A stretch of 63,829 nucleotides of DNA, filler included, from Octopus bimaculoides (taxonomy: Eukaryota): the NCBI RefSeq assembly GCF_001194135.2. It is 5 parts of 4 records of this genome, joined end to end, with 100 filler letters (N's around TTAATTAATTAA, not from the genome) between each part and the next. Parts side by side here need not be neighbours in the genome. Positions count along the whole stretch, not along the records: positions 54,515 to 63,829 come from NC_068990.1; 4 more parts are not named here. One strand, given 5' to 3'. Positions 63,378-63,829 of the stretch are shown here, piece by piece; positions within the stretch are counted from its first letter, which is position 1, and every line of letters begins with the position of its first letter. The notes below the pieces were generated by a model, which had not been told where the DNA came from, made no database searches, and saw only the letters and a program-made list of their open reading frames with translations. The position numbers and the translations under genes are program-made.

Positions 63378-63829
63378 TGTTGGGAACTTTCATGGGCCAA
63401 ACCAAGGATCCAATAACCGGTAAGCAGAATCTAATACCATATACATTATCACCAAGATCTCTGATATTAATTTGCTGGGACGAAATGCTATCCAGACTCT
63501 GGGAATTTCCGTGGACACTGCTCTAAGGTTTGAAAAGCATAGACAGCCAAGCCAAGAGGGAAGGTGCTGAAGTGATATATCCAAAGACCTCAAGTGAGCC
63601 CTATGTTTCCCTGCAACAAGATTGTCACAATATGTGTGATGAATTCCCAGATCTTTTCAAGCAAGAATTGGGATGTCTCAAGAACTTTGAACTGGAAGTG
63701 AAGTTCAAATCGGACGCAACACCAGTCTTTCACAAGGCACGTCCGGTCCCGTTTGCTCTTCGTGATGACCTGGCCAAAGGTTATGAAGAAGGCATCGCCA
63801 AGGGAATCTGGAAGCCAGTCCAGTTCAAC
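63378..63829 (+). mobile_element. Ty3/Gypsy pol fragment (protease end to RT start), frameshifted, running off the window
   Basis: INLLGRNAIQTLGISVD, then in another frame EFPDLFKQELGCLKNFELEVKFKSDATPVFHKARPVPFALRDDL...GIWKPVQFN. Confidence 0.85.

Overview
AT-rich, microsatellite- and transposon-dense animal genomic DNA. The SINE/LINE families look like Octopus-type cephalopod repeats; this is inferred from recognition, with no search run. The window is not one contiguous locus. Four identical 100-bp artificial spacers (44 N + TTAATTAATTAA + 44 N) join five scaffolds: 1-22563, 22664-36299, 36400-44365, 44466-54414 and 54515-63829. Two host genes are clearly visible as fragments. (i) A minus-strand gene whose phase-compatible exons (50179-50333, 46018-46154) encode a Notch-ligand-type C2 (MNNL) plus DSL module with an atypical receptor-binding face. 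No EGF exon follows it on this scaffold; there is instead a candidate 18-nt microexon or terminal exon. (ii) A plus-strand immunoglobulin-superfamily gene with two Ig-domain exons (39323-39478+, 43900-44132). The rest is decayed mobile DNA: a maT/DD37D mariner, a Penelope-like element, RTE, CR1-like, L1/Tx1 and R4/Dong LINEs, a Gypsy pol fragment, TTAA MITEs and several SINE families. Also notable are hammerhead-ribozyme-like motifs and a perfect 146-bp inverted duplication. Most ORFs in the supplied track are microsatellite or N-gap artefacts. Repeat boundaries are approximate; exon, linker, MITE and inverted-repeat boundaries were counted base by base.
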